Assembly (NCBI RefSeq): GCF_036321535.1
Contig: NC_087437.1
Location: forward strand, 5,890,001 to 5,954,000
Reading direction: 5' to 3'
Source of the DNA: Camelus dromedarius
Taxonomy: Eukaryota
Length of the DNA stretch: 64,000 nucleotides
Part shown: positions 1 to 13,167 of the stretch, one piece after another
How the letters are laid out: the number at the start of each line of letters is the position of its first letter
Position numbering within the stretch: the stretch's first letter is position 1
The notes under the pieces: generated by a model
What the model saw: only the letters and a program-made list of their open reading frames with translations
Told to the model about the DNA's origin: nothing
The model's database searches: none
Translations under genes and position numbers: made by a program

Positions 1-2000
1 CATCCTGTACCTTCTAGAACATGTATGATGTTTACAGTGGCCGTTTTAGGGCTCCCTCCCTCCCCCACCCTGCCTCCCACCTCGCACCTGCTGGGCCTCC
101 CTGAGCTCCAGGCTGTGTCCCCAGCTGCACAGGACTGTGGGGCCCTGTCTGGGCTCCACCCTCCCCACGCTGCAGCCTGGAGGCTCTCCACGTGACGGGC
201 TGGGCCTCGGATCCGCAGCCCTTCTCCCGCGGCCCACCGCCTTGCTCTGCACAGCCATCACTTACTGTGTGTGCTGTGTTCTATCCAGTTGTATCTGCCT
301 CATTCCTAACTTTCCTGTCCCCTCTTCTCCATCACTCAGAAATAAAACTCAAAAGACACTCAGTTTCTCTCTCCAGGTTGGGTGACTAGTAAGAGTTTTT
401 ATGAATTGCCAGTGTGAGTTCTGTGAGTTTCATTAAATTATGTTCCTTTCTTTGTGTGGCTGCTGCTCACGTGTGTGTGAGAGAGCCCATTTTCCTTTTT
501 GCTCATTTCACGAGGAACATGGAAAGGAAATTCTGTCGTGTGATTTGAACCCACCGGGTTCATCCAAATGTTCGGTGCCATTGTCCTCCCGGTGCTAATC
601 ACTTACACGGTTTCTACGTAGGGCCGTTCCTAAAACGGAGGGTCCTGTGGTAACTGTTACAGGCTCTATTTTTGGTGAGGAGCAGAAACTCAACTCAGAG
701 GAGAAGACACGGCCTACCCCGGGCGTCGTGAGGGGGACGGTATCTCAGGGAAACTGGAGCTTCTGACGCTGTATAAGTTGCTCTTGTCTTGGCCTAGCCC
801 GGACTGTACCTTCGAAGGTCTTCTTTCCAGGACTATTTGTATCTCCTAGTCCGCATTCTAAGGAGAGGAACTCCGGGGGGCTCAGCCTGTCCCTGCAGCC
901 CCAGCCCACCCACCCGCAAGCTCTGAGCCTCTCTGGTGTCCAGCCTCTGTGGGTTGGGGTCCCTCCTGGCTTCAGCCCATGGCATCCAGGAAGGGCCTGT
1001 CACCCCACACAAACACAGCCCCCTCTGGGCTGCGTCATCATCTGTTGCTGGGGGACAGACCACACCACAGCTGGTGGCTCATTCCTCAGGGTGCCGTTGC
1101 TCCAGCCACTCACAGGGCTGGGCCTGGAGCACCAGGAAGGCTTCCCTCCTGGGACCGGCTGCTCCTCTGGGCAGCGGGAAGGGCTGGTTTCTCTCCCCGT
1201 GGGGCTCACCGCCGGTAAGTCCAGCGCCAGCTTCTCCGTGGGGCTGCTGGGACCCTAGAAAGTAAGGCTTCGCAAGGTCATGGCCTCACCTCCTCCAGGT
1301 GATCAAAGCACATCGAGGCCAGTCCAGGTTCAAGGGCAGGGAAAGTGTGCCTGGATGGGGATGGAAGGCGTCCCTGGTGGCCGTGTTCACAGGAGCAGAC
1401 GCTGTGGACGAAGCGGTTTCCCTTCAGAGGGGTGGGAGACACCGCAGGCCAGCCTGCTTTCCTGCCAGGTGCTTGTCTCATGTTCTGTCACAGTCTGCAG
1501 CCCCTCACGGCTGCCGGCAGTGGCGCAGACTGGCCCCATCCCCTCCCCTTCATCCCTGTCCATATGTGGGGACTGTTGCATCTCCCCCAACCTCCCTGAC
1601 TCAGGATGAGGCGGCTTCTGGTCCCTCCCCCGAGGGTTGTGTTGACTTTCTACATTTCCTTCCATACTTGGTTTTACAGCAAATTTGCTCAAAAATACTT
1701 AACAGTCCTATTTTGTACAAAGTTTGCATCTATCATTCATTGCATTCCATACCATCTCCAATGAATGCTCCCTTAAGTATTCTGGAGAAGATGGCTGATA
1801 GTTGACATTATTTCAGTTTAGATTTCCCAGGGTTAATGGGCTCAGGAGGTGTGTTAGCATGTTCTCCAGCGGTGTTAGCGATGCTTGACCTGCACTATTC
1901 CAGCTGACCGCAGGAGGGCGCCGAGCTGGGCTTTGCATGTGGTTACTGGGTGGGTCCTTCCTTCCTTTCCGGCTGTCCTCTCCTTCCCCCACCCGCCCCC

Positions 2001-3038
2001 CAGCTTTTGCACAGCAAAGGAAACCATAAACAAAAGGAAAAGACAACCTACAGAATGGGAGAAAATATTTGCAAACAATGCAACTGACAAGGGCTAATTC
2101 CCAGAATATAAAAACAGCTCATACAACTTAATAACAAAAAAACAAACAACCCAATCAAGCAGTTCTCCAGTGAAGACATATAAATGTCAAAAGGCACATG
2201 AAAAAATGCTCAATATCGCTAATTATCAGAGAAATGCAAATCAAAACTACAATGAGGTATCACCTCACACCAGTCAGAATGCCCATCATTCAAAAGTCCA
2301 CAAACGATAAATGCTGGAGAGGGTGGGGAGAAAAGGGAACCCTCCTACACTGCTGGTGGGAATGCAGTTTGGTGTAGCCACTGTGGAAAACAGTATGGAG
2401 ATTCCTTAAAAACCTGAAACTAGACTTACCATATGATCCAGCAGTCCCACTCCTGGGCACATATACAATAGGCAAGACATGGAAGCAACCTAAATGTCCA
2501 TCCACAGGTAACTGGATAAAGAAGTTGTGTGTATGTATACATACACACACACATACATAATGGAATACTACTCAATCTTAAAAGGAGAAAACAATGCCAT
2601 TTGTAGCAACATGGTGGATCTGGAGATTGTCATACTAAATGAAGTAAGCCAAAAAGAAAAAAAAAAAAGAACTATCACTTATGTATGGAATCTTTACAAA
2701 TGACACAAATGAACTTATTTTCAAAACAGAAACAGACTCACAGACAGAAAACGTATGGTTACCAGGGTGGTGGAGGGGAGAGAGAAATTAGGAGTTTGGG
2801 ATTAGCAGATACACACAACTATGTATAGAACAGGTTTTTAAAAAAAAGATCCTACTGTAGAGCACAGGGAACTATAGTCAATATCCTGTAACAAACCATA
2901 ATGGAAAAGGATATGAAAAAGAACATATATATATAACAGTGTGTATGTGTGTGTGTGTATAACTGAAGCATTGTGCTATATACCTGAAACACAACATTGT
3001 AAATCAACTAGACTTCAATAGGGAAAAAAAAAAAAAAA
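2001..3038 (+). mobile_element. LINE-1 3' fragment (ORF2 C-terminus, 3' UTR, A tail), lineage-specific, in PLCL2 intron
   Basis: It translates to [25 protein letters not shown] and contains the [25 protein letters not shown] segment. The 3' UTR matches the other L1 copies in the window, and the A tail is at 3024-3038. Confidence 0.95.
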
Positions 3039-3040
3039 GA

Positions 3041-3550
3041 GCTCGTAAGACACAAAAGCCCTGGAGGAAAGTTAAATGAATACCACTAAGTGAAAGAAGC
3101 CAGTTGGAAAAGGCTTCTTGTTGTATGTTGTCCGATCCCGGCTGTATGACATCCTGGGAGAGGCAAAGCTACTGAGCCAATAAAAAGATGAGTTGTTGCC
3201 AGAGGTTAGCGGGGAGGGAGGGGGGAAGAGGTGGGCACAGAAGATGCTTGGGGCCGTGGACCAGTCCATCTGATACTGCAGCTAATGGTGGACGCGCATC
3301 CTTATACATCCGTCAAAACCTATAGCATATACAACACCAAGACTGAGCCCGAATGTGAACCAGGGACTTTGGGTGGTAACGATGTGTCGCTGTAGATCCA
3401 TCAGTGGTGACAAACGTATACTGTGGGGTAAGATGTCAGTAGTGGAGGAGCTTGTGCCTGGGTGGGGATAGGGGGAATGTGGGAACCCTCTGCATTTCCA
3501 GCTCAGTTTTGCTGTGAACCCAAAGCTATTCTAAAAAAAAAAAAAAAAAA
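3041..3550 (+). mobile_element. Ancient L1 3' UTR (L1MC1-like)
   Basis: The run 'actaagtgaaagaagccag...gactttgggtggtaacgatgtgtc...gaaccctctgcatttccagctcagttttgctgtgaacccaaagctattctaaaa' followed by an A tail resembles the L1MC 3' consensus. Confidence 0.8.
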
Positions 3551-4382
3551 TACAGCTTATTAAGTAATAATAATATTTGAAATGTTAAAGCACAAATATC
3601 TAGTTAAAATATCTTAATCATAAATGTATATAGCAGCTTTGCATGTGAGGGCAAATTCTTTAACAAGAAATTAGACTCTTGGCCCAGTAATGCTAATACT
3701 TACGCAGAAAGACCTCACAGCTTGTAAAATTCCAGCGTATGAGTTCAGTGAAGAATGAATGCAGATGCAGCTCTTTCCAGTTAAACAATGCAATGGAACC
3801 ATGTGTCGTCTCTCATGAAAGGCGTCTGTAAAGCGGGGAAATCATGTACCTTAAGTGGGAAACAGCAAAGCATGCCATGGGTGCTTTCCAACCTCATGTG
3901 GCACAGGACCGCGTTGCAGTTTGGTCTCCCGCGCAGCTGGGATTTGCTTGTAGTCCAGTTGCTGCCGAGGTAAGTCCTCCCCTGTCACCCTCCGCAGCTG
4001 GCCCAGTTTTAACTGTGCAGGAGCACTTAAAAGGGTGTGCACACTGCAAGGCAGTTCAAAAAAAAAAAAAAAAAAAAAGAGGGAGAAAGAAGGGAGAGTA
4101 CCAAGCATGGAGGTACGGCAAAGAAAAGTCAAACCCAAAGGCAAACCATGTCTGACAGAGCACCATAAAGACAGTAACAGAATAAATCAGAGCCCAAGAG
4201 CATGAACAGAATAGTGAGCCAGGAAGGAGGAGGGTGACCGTGAAGGAGAAAGAACCGGGGGAGGAAGCAGCTCAGACACAGGGAGGGAGGAAGGAGCGAA
4301 GAACAAGAGAGCAGTGCTGGGACTTGGACCAGCGGGGCTTCACATCCCTTCTGTTGGGCCTCTTGGAATCCTTGCTGATGCA

Positions 4383-4572
4383 CGGGCAGCTTTACCCCCC
4401 AGGGGACATTGGGCAGTGTCTGCAGACATTGTGGTTGTCACACTGAGGGGGTCTTTGGTGGGTCAAGGCCAGGCATGCTACTAGGATGCACAAGACAGCC
4501 CCCACCGCCACCCGTAACCCAGCAAAATAATTCTCTGGGCAAACTGTCGAGTGATGAGGTTGACAGACTGCC
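4383..4572 (+). mobile_element. MER20 (hAT-Charlie MITE), degenerate
   Basis: 'ccccccaggggacattgggcagtgtctgcagacattgtggttgtcac...ggccaggcatgcta...atgcacaagacagccccc...gaggttga' follows the MER20 consensus colinearly. Confidence 0.8.
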
Positions 4573-4984
4573 TTGGCCGGCAGCTCCCAGTCCAGGCTCC
4601 CAGTGACTGTGTTTCAGTTTACCCCCCCGTTTTCTGACCTGTATGCATGTTAGGCTGCACGTATGTCAAATTGATGGTCACACCCTAGAAAAGAAGTTAA
4701 AATTTGGCTAAGAGGGTTTATTCAAAGTAGAGAATGCTTTCTTCCATCCCTTCTCTTAACTAGAACTCGGTGAGGATCTGCTGTGTGCCTGTGACTGTCA
4801 GCGCCTGCTTTAAATGCAGAACTTGAGAGCGGCTTGTCAGGGTTGGGGACGGCAGGGGGGTGGGGGTGGGGTGTGCAGAGTCATAATAGAAGGCGATAGA
4901 TTGTATTTGTGGTGATAAGTTAGCTCCCTGTGTTGACTGCACTGGCGGCTACGGGAATCTACCCACTGGGTGAAATGACATAAA

Positions 4985-5150
4985 CCTGTACCGTGTCAGC
5001 TCCCTGGTTCTGGGTGTTGTACTAAACTTACATAAGATGGAACCAGTGGCAGAAATTTAGGACAGTGTACACAAGACCTCTCTGTACCATATTTGCATCC
5101 TTCTGTGCATTTATACTTATTTCAGAATAAAAAGTTAAAGCAAAAAAAAA
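4985..5150 (+). mobile_element. Ancient L1M 3' end fragment
   Basis: 'gacctctctgtaccatatttgcatccttctgtgcatttatacttatttcagaataaaaagtt' plus an A run is a typical L1MC/MD/ME terminus. Confidence 0.65.
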
Positions 5151-5465
5151 AATCTTAAAAGGAAAAATGCAAGACTGGCCGCACAATTAGGGAAAGATGT
5201 CACTCTAACCAGGGCAGATGGGAACAGTCAACACACAGGACTCTCTGCTGATGCATAAATGGAAAGGACTGAAAATGCAACACACTCAGAGTATGGTGTG
5301 GAAAACTGGGAAAGCAGGCTTGTTTTTTAATTAAAAATGGACCTATTTGGATGTAGCGCCACTAAGAAACGAATATGCCCTTTTGTGGAACCAAAATATT
5401 TCTATTTCAGTGGAAGATCTCTGTGGTCAAACTGGACCGGCCAGGCTTGGCTTAGCGAGCGTTGT

Positions 5466-5487
5466 CTAACTGCGTGTTTCGTTGCAG
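5466..5487 (+). promoter_or_regulatory. PLCL2: Branch point and 3' splice acceptor of the PLCL2 last exon
   Basis: CTAAC at 5466-5470 is followed by tgcgtgtttcgttgcAG ending at 5487, directly before the in-frame GGA CAG GCG GAT. Confidence 0.9.
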
Positions 5488-5667
5488 GGACAGGCGGATC
5501 TTCTGAAATACGCCAAGAATGAGACCTTGGAGAACCTGAAACAAATCCACTATGCTGCTGTTTCCTGTGGGCTGAATAAACCCGGCACAGAAAACGCCGA
5601 CGTTCACAAGCCGCGCCGGAGCCTGGAAGTCATACCTGAGAAGGCAAATGACGAAACTGGAGAATGA
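5488..5667 (+). CDS. PLCL2: Terminal coding exon of inactive phospholipase C-like protein 2 (PRIP-2)
   Basis: It encodes GQADLLKYAKNETLENLKQIHYAAVSCGLNKPGTENADVHKPRRSLEVIPEKANDETGE*, which I recognise as the PLCL2 C-terminus. The acceptor is phase 0 and the TGA is at 5665-5667. Upstream exons lie outside the window. Confidence 0.93.
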   Translation, partial: GQADLLKYAKNETLENLKQIHYAAVSCGLNKPGTENADVHKPRRSLEVIPEKANDETGE

Positions 5668-6355
5668 GGGAACTTTCTTGAAATCGTTTCAGAGCTGATC
5701 ACTCCAGGACCAATCGTAGCCAAGTGGGACACTTGCTTTGCACTCACGAATGAAAATAATATTGGAGATTTTACAGTACAACTGGAACAGCCGATGACAG
5801 TCTGTGAAAACTGTGAATGTATTTAGCAGCCCTGCGTGTGAAGCCTAATAAACTCTTCAACTAGAAATTATATTCCTGGCCCAGATATGCTATATTTGTA
5901 CACAAAGACATCCTAACTCAGTTGCAGTGTGAACCGCACACTGTCTCTCTACTAGTCACTCTAGTTCCATTGAGAAGCAAACGTTTTCCTAACTGAAAAC
6001 AATGTCTTAAGATGGAAATGGATTGTACTGTCTAATGAGTATTTATTGGGGAAAAGCCTACTCTGTGAGTTCTACTTTTGTATGACTGCCGGGATCTCTG
6101 GGTCGTAGGTGACTGGGGTGGCAAGCCTGCTGAGCCACGGTTACTAAGGGAAGCGTGACTGTACAGCCTCCGTGAACTTGGGGAGCTGCCAGGGGAGGCG
6201 GGGGCACCGCAGCCAGACGGGAGCTCCCAGCCGGAGTCACGTGCCGGGTACACAGATGATGTCCAAGTAGCCAACCTGGAAGCAACACACTGTACATAGT
6301 TTTTCATTGTACGGAGTAGTGTTCACATTAAAAAGATGTTTTATGATATTTCTCC
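5668..6355 (+). other. PLCL2: PLCL2 3' UTR with candidate poly(A) signals (AATAAA 5847-5852, ATTAAA 6327-6332)
   Basis: Repeat-free sequence follows the stop codon. ATTAAA is preceded by TGTA motifs (6291, 6308) and followed by T/GT-rich sequence. The exact cleavage site is inferred. Confidence 0.7.
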
Positions 6356-7967
6356 AATAGCGGTGCGTGCATTTAATGAATGTTCAGTTTTTAAAACTTA
6401 TGGTCCACGATGTTCTGTTCTGAAGAGCAGCTGATGACCTGGTGAACAGCTATCAAAGATAAGGTGCATTTTGCTTTCAGTCCAGTGGCCACGACTTGAC
6501 ACACTGGCAGCTTTCTGCCAAGCAAACCCACACATCTCCCAGCGTCCCGGGTCTCACCGGAGTGACGTGTGCTTTGAAGCGGTGCCGACAGTCAGCAGAC
6601 AACAGGTGCAGGTGCGGGCAGCTCTCCCCTGCCCGCTGAGTCTTTAGTCCAAGATTTTATTTTCCAAATCAATGATACTTCGTGCGATTTTTGCAAAGAT
6701 CCTGGACACTGCTGCCTAATTAACTGCTTCTCCCAAACCAAACTGCACTCCAATTTGGGGAGAGGAAAAGTGATCTAAATCTTCAAAAACTGCTTTTTGA
6801 TGTGTCTGTTTTCTTATCCGGGATTCAGGTAAGTGAGCCACGTAACTATGTGGAATCTCCAAATTGGGGTCTCATAACTGATTTCCTCACAGTTAGGGAG
6901 ATGCTCAGGCTCATATATTAAATTTATTTCTACCCAGACACCTAAATATTCTTTAAAAAAAAAAAAAAAAAAAACTCCTTGCCCAGTTCTTGTCATCTGC
7001 ACGCTGGTACTGTGCTTAAATTAAGGTGTGCATTTCCACTGGCTCTTCGCTCAGTGTCATTCCGGTTAAAAAAAATTAAACCTCTCCATTACGTGGATGA
7101 TAGTGCAGTAATTCCTGCTCACACCAGACAGCAACCAGCCAGTAGCTCAGGCTCTTAGGTCTGAAATGAACACTACACAGGATTTAAAAAAAAAAAATTC
7201 CTCCAAAAACAAATAGAAAAAAAAAATCAAAAGTTGATTTACAGACTGAGAAAATAATGTGTAATTTAGATTATTGTTAACAATCTTTGACCTTGGCAGG
7301 CAAGTAAACAATATTCAATTTAAAGTGAAAATCCAGAAATCCTAAAAAAAAAAAAAAAAATTTTTAAATAAAACAAAATTGAAGAAAAATGCTGCATTTA
7401 TAGTAATGGCAGGCATTATCTAATATGTGACTTGAATGACTCTGAGAGCAAGGCACATGTAATTTGCTGTGGTTCATACAGGCTTTTAGACTCATCAAAC
7501 TCAAGAACTGAAGGAGCCTGTGAGATCAATGGTTCCATCTGACACATCTTCTCCCAGATGCAGACATCGCAGACAAGAGCAATAAAAGGCACAGCCTGGG
7601 GTCACAAAGTCTGTTAGGGGGAGTGACCCAGCCCAAGGTTTGCTCCAGTTTTCTGAGCTAAAAGAAAAAAATATAAATAAACAAATCAACCTTCCATTGA
7701 CCTGTCTCTTCAAAGGAACAAGCCAAGTAATGGGAAAAAGGAGGCACGCTTGTTGAGGAGTTGTTCCCAGAGTCACAGTGTTTCTCCTGTTTGTCTAGAT
7801 CCTGCCCCGGTGAGCAGGTTCCCCTTCATTTAAGACGATGACCCAAATCAGCAGAGCACACATTTGTCTTGTAAACTGGACTAATGTATACATTTGTCTC
7901 CCTGTACACACACTACATCCCCCTAATTAGGGGAGATGTCTCATCAGAAGCATATGAAAACTGGTAA

Positions 7968-10900
7968 TCATCCAATCAGAACAGCAGAAAGACAAATGGA
8001 AAGAAATGAAAGCAATATAAGAGACCTATGGGATAATATAAATCATGCTAATCTGTGCATAATAGGGGTCCCAAAAGGGGAAGAAAGAGAAAAGGAGATC
8101 AAAAACAAAAACATTACTTGGAGAAATGGCTGAAAACTTCCCAAACTTATAGAAGGAAACAGATAGGCAGGTACAGGAAGCACAGAGGGTCCCAAACAAC
8201 TTGAACCCAAACAGACCTACACCATGACATGTTATAATTAAAACGGCAAAAGTTAGAGAAGATTCTAAAGGCAGCAAGAGAAAACCAGAGTTAGTTACAA
8301 GGGAGCCCCCATAAGGCTGTCAGCTGATGTATTTACAGAAAATTGCTGGCCAGAAGGGAATGGCAAGATATATTCAAAGTCCTAAAAGGGAAAAACCTGC
8401 AACACAGCATACTCTACAAAGCAAGACTATCATTTAGAATAGAAGGAGAGAGAAAGAATTTGTTGGACAAGCAAAAACTAAACACAGCAATACTAAATAT
8501 AGCCCAAAATAAACATTGAAAGACCTTCTCTAAACAGTAGAGAAGCAACAATCTATAGAAAAGTGAAAATCACGGTTGGAAATGCGACAACTACAATGAA
8601 CAGCAAAAGAAAAACCATGAAGATGTAAAAGAGGACACCAAACATCATAAAATGTGGAGGAGGGGAATAAGAAGATGTATATTTTTTCTTTCTTTTTAGA
8701 ATGTGTTTGAGCTTAGATGATTCCCAGTCTAAAGCAAGGAGATACAGTAAGGGGTTAACATACTTGACAAACAGGGTAACTACAAATCAAAAACATACTA
8801 TACAGTCACAAAAACCAAAAAGAAGAGAAGTCAAGCATAACACAAAAGAAAATCATCAAACCACAAAAGGAAAAAGAAACAGAATAAATACAAAATCAAC
8901 TAGAAAACAAGGTTGAAAATGGCAATCAATACATATCTATCAATAATTATCTTAAAAGTCAATGGACTAAATGCTCCAATCAAGAGAGAATCACAGACTG
9001 GATAATAAAACAAGAGCCTACAATATGCTTCCTAAAAGAGACCCACGTTAAGGTGAAGGACACATATAGGTTGAAAGTGAGAGGATGGAAGAAGGTATTT
9101 CATGCAAATGGAAATGACAAGAAAGCAGGGGTAGCAATACTCATGTCAGACAAAACAGACTTTAAACAAAGGCCATAAAGAAAGACAAAGAAGGACACTA
9201 TATAATGATCAAAGGAGCAATACAAGAAGAGGATATTACACTCATTAACATATATGCACCCAGTATAGGGGCACCTAAGTACACAAAACCAATACTGAGA
9301 GACATAAAGTGAGAAACTGATGGGAATACAGTAATAGTAGGAGACTTTAACACCCCACTAACATCAGTGGACAGGTCTTGCAGACAGAAAATCAGTAAGG
9401 CAACACAGGTCCTAAATGACACGATAGAACAGTTGGACTTATTTGATCTTTGCAGGATGTTATATCTAAAAAAAAATCAGAATATATATATATTTTTTTT
9501 TTTTTAATTTTATTTTATTGAGTTATAGTCAGTTTACAATGTTCTGTCAATTTCCAGTGTAGAGCACAACTTTTCAGTCATACATGAACATATATATATT
9601 CATTGTCACATTCTTCAGAATATATTCTTTTCAAGTGCACATGGAACATTCTGTAGGGTAGACCCCATACTTAGACAGAAAATAAGCCTCAAATTTAAGA
9701 GGATAGAAATTATTTCAAGCATCTTTTCTGACCAAAATGGCATGAAACTACAAATCAACCACAGAGAGACAAATAAGAAAAAAAAATCAGTGTATGGAGA
9801 CTAAACAACATGCTACTAAAAGAAAACCAATGGGTTAATGATGAAATCAAGAGGAAATTTAAAAATACCTTGAGACAAATGACAGTGAAAGCACAACCAC
9901 ACAAAAATCTATGGGATGCAGCAAAAGCAGTCCTAAGAGGGGAGTCCCTAATGATACAGGTCTCAGATAAACAACCTAACCTACCACCTAAAAGAATCAG
10001 AAAAAGAATAACAAACAAAAACTAAAGTCAGCAGAAGGAAAGAAATAATAAAGATCAGAGAGGAAATAAACAAAATAAACATTTTTAAAAAAAGGTAGAA
10101 AAAAAATCAATAAAACCAAGAGCTTGGTTTTTTTAGAGAGTAAATAAAATGGACAAACCCCTGGCCAGGTTCACCAGGATGAAAAAGAGAGAACACACAA
10201 ACAAAGTAAGAATGAAAGAGGAGAAATTACCCAATAGCACAGAAATACAAAAAAACCACAGGAGAAAACTATGAATAATTGTATGCCAACAAACTGGTCC
10301 AGAAGAATGGACCAGTCTCTAGAAACATATAGCCTACAAAAACTGATATCCAGAAGAAATACATAATTTGAACAGATCTATCATTAGAAGTGAAATGGAA
10401 TCTGTAAAAACAAAGCAAAAACAAAAAAACTACCCTATGAACAAAAGTCTGGGACCAGGTCCCTTCAGTGGGGAATTCTACCAAAAATACAAAAAGGAAC
10501 TTATACAGATTTTTCTCAAAGTTTTTCAAAGGATTTAAGAGGAGGGAACACTCCCAAACTCATTCTATGAGGTCACCATCACTCTGATACCAAAACCAGA
10601 CAAAGACACTACCAAAAAAAAGAAAAAAATTATAGGCCAATATCTTTGATAAATATAGATGTAAAAGTTCTGAACAAATATTAGCAAACCAAATCCAACA
10701 ACATATAAAAAAGATCATACAGTACAATTTAGGTGGACTTATCCCAGGGACACAAGGATGGCTCAACATACATAGATCAATCAATGTGATACGCCACATC
10801 CACAAAAGAAAGAACAAAAACCACATGATCATCTCAATAGGTCCAGAAAAAGCATCTGATAAAATTTAACATCCACTCATGATAAAAACTCTTCTCAAAA

Positions 10901-13167
10901 TGGGTATAGAGGGAACACATCTCAACATAATAAAAGCTATTTCTGACAAACCATAGTCAACATAATATTCAATGGTGAAAAGTTGAAAGCCTTCTGCTAA
11001 AATCTGGAACAAGACAAGGATGCCCACTCTTACCTTTTCTATTTATCATATTGGAATTCTTATCTACAGCAGTCAGATGAGAAAAAATAAATAAAAGGGA
11101 TCCAAATTGGAAGGGAAGAGGTAAAACTGTCACTATATGAAGATTACATAAATAGAAAACCCCGAACACTCCACACAAAAACTCCTAGAGCTGACAAAAG
11201 AATTTGGCAAGGTAGCAGGATACAAGATTAATATACAGAAATCTGTTGCATTTCTTTACACTAACAAGGAAATATCAGAAAAGAAAGTAAAGAAACAATC
11301 CCTTTTAAAATTGCATCCAAAACAATAAAAATACTTAGCAATAAATCTGACCAAGGAAGTGAAAGCCGTATACGTGGAGAACTACAAAACATTAATTAAG
11401 GAAATTAAAAATGACTTAAATAAATGGTAAGATATCCCATGCTCTTGGATTGGAAGAATTAATATTGTTAAAAATGGCCGCACTACCCAAAGCACTCTAC
11501 AGATTTAATGCAATCCCTATCTAATTACCCAGCACATTTTTCACAGAACTAGAACAAATAATCCTAAAATTTATATGGAATCATAAAGACATTGCCAAAG
11601 CAATACTGAAGAAAAAGAACAAGGCTGGAGGAATAACCCTCCCAGACTTCAGACAATACTACAGAGCTACAGAAATCAAAACAGCATGGTACTGGTACAA
11701 AAACAGACATATCGATCAATGGAACAGAATAGAGCCCAGAAATGAACCTACACACCTATGGTCAATTACTCTTCAATAAAAAGAGGCAAGAATATACAAT
11801 GGAGTAAAGACAGTCTCTTCAGCAAATGATGTTGGGAAAACTGGGCAGCTGCATGGAAACCAGTGAAGTCAGAAAACTCCCTCACACCATACACAAAAAT
11901 AAATTCAAAATGGCTCAAAGACTTAAACATAAGTCAGGACACCATAAATCTCCTGGAAGAAAACATAGGCAAAACATTCTCTGATATAAGGCATAACAAT
12001 GGTCTCCTAGGTCAGTGTACCAAGGCAATAGAAGTAAAAACCAAAATAAACAGATGGGACCTAATTAAATGTATAAGCTTTTGTAAGCAGAGTAAACCAT
12101 AAACAAAATGAAAAGACAACCTAGAGACTGGGAGAAAATATTTGCAAATGATACGACTGACAAGGGCTTAACTTCCAGAATATACAAACAGCTCATACAA
12201 GTCAACAACAAAAAACAAACAACCCAATATAAAAATGAGCAGAAGACCTAAACAAACATTTCTCCAGTGAAGGCATGCAGATGGCCAAGAGGCACAGGAA
12301 AAGATGCTCAAGATCACTAATTATCAGAGAAATGCAAATCAAAACCACAATGAGGTATCACCTCACATGGGTCAGAATGGCCATCATTAAAAAGTCCATA
12401 AAGGATAAATGCTGGAGAGTGTGTGGAGAAAAGGGAGCCCTCCTACACTTTTGGTTGGAATGAAGTTTGGAGCAGCCACTGTGGAAAACAGTATGGAAGT
12501 TCCTTAAAAAAAAAAAAAAAATAGAGTTACCCTATGATCCAGCAGTCCCACCCCTGGGCATATGTCTGGAGGAAACTCTAATTCGAAAAGACACCTGCAC
12601 CCCAATGTTCACAGCAGCACTATTTACAACAGCCAAGACATGGAAGCAGCCTAAATGTCCATCAACAGATGACTGGATAAAGAAGTTGGTGTGTGTGTAT
12701 ATATACATACACATGCACACACACACATATACTGGAATAAAACAGAATGAAACAGTGCCATTTGCAGCAGCATGGATGGACCTAGATACTATCATGCTAA
12801 GTGAAGAAAGTTAGACAAAGACAAATATCATATATCACTTATACATGGAATCTTCCAAAAAAGGACACAGATGAACTTATTTATAAACCATGAAGAGGCT
12901 CACAGACATAGGAAACAAAACTTATGGTTATGGAGGGGCATAGAGGTGGGGAAGGATAAATTAGCATTTGGAATCAGCAGATACACACTACTATATATAA
13001 AATAGATAAACAACAAGGTCCTACTGTACAGCACGGGGAACTATATTCAATATCTTGTAATAACCAATAACGAAAAAGAATACATATGTAGGTGTAACTG
13101 AATCACCACATTGTACAGCAGAAATTAACACAACATTGTATATCAACTATACTTCAGAAAAAAAATA
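7968..13167 (+). mobile_element. 5'-truncated LINE-1 (partial ORF1, inter-ORF spacer, full-span disrupted ORF2, 3' UTR)
   Basis: The ORF1 remnant reads RDLWDNINHANLCIIGVPKGEE. The ORF2 ATG at 8919 gives MAINTYLSII..VNGLNAP. EN, RT and Cys-rich remnants carry stops and frameshifts. The TSD is GAAAA(C/T)TGGTAA at 7956-7967 and 13168-13179. Confidence 0.97.
9488..9614 (-). mobile_element. Short young L1 3' tail nested antisense in the larger L1 ORF2
   Basis: A poly(T) run is followed by the reverse complement of the L1 terminus seen at 53810-53920. The TSD is TCAGAATATAT at 9477-9487 and 9615-9625. Confidence 0.9.

Noticed and set aside
1299..1805. 168-aa ORF in the PLCL2 intron as an additional exon or gene
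   Set aside because: It has no similarity to PLCL2 or any family I recognise, and no convincing splice context.
4843..4872. G-quadruplex-forming G runs
   Set aside because: The motif is present, but such runs are common in this GC-rich region and nothing suggests function.
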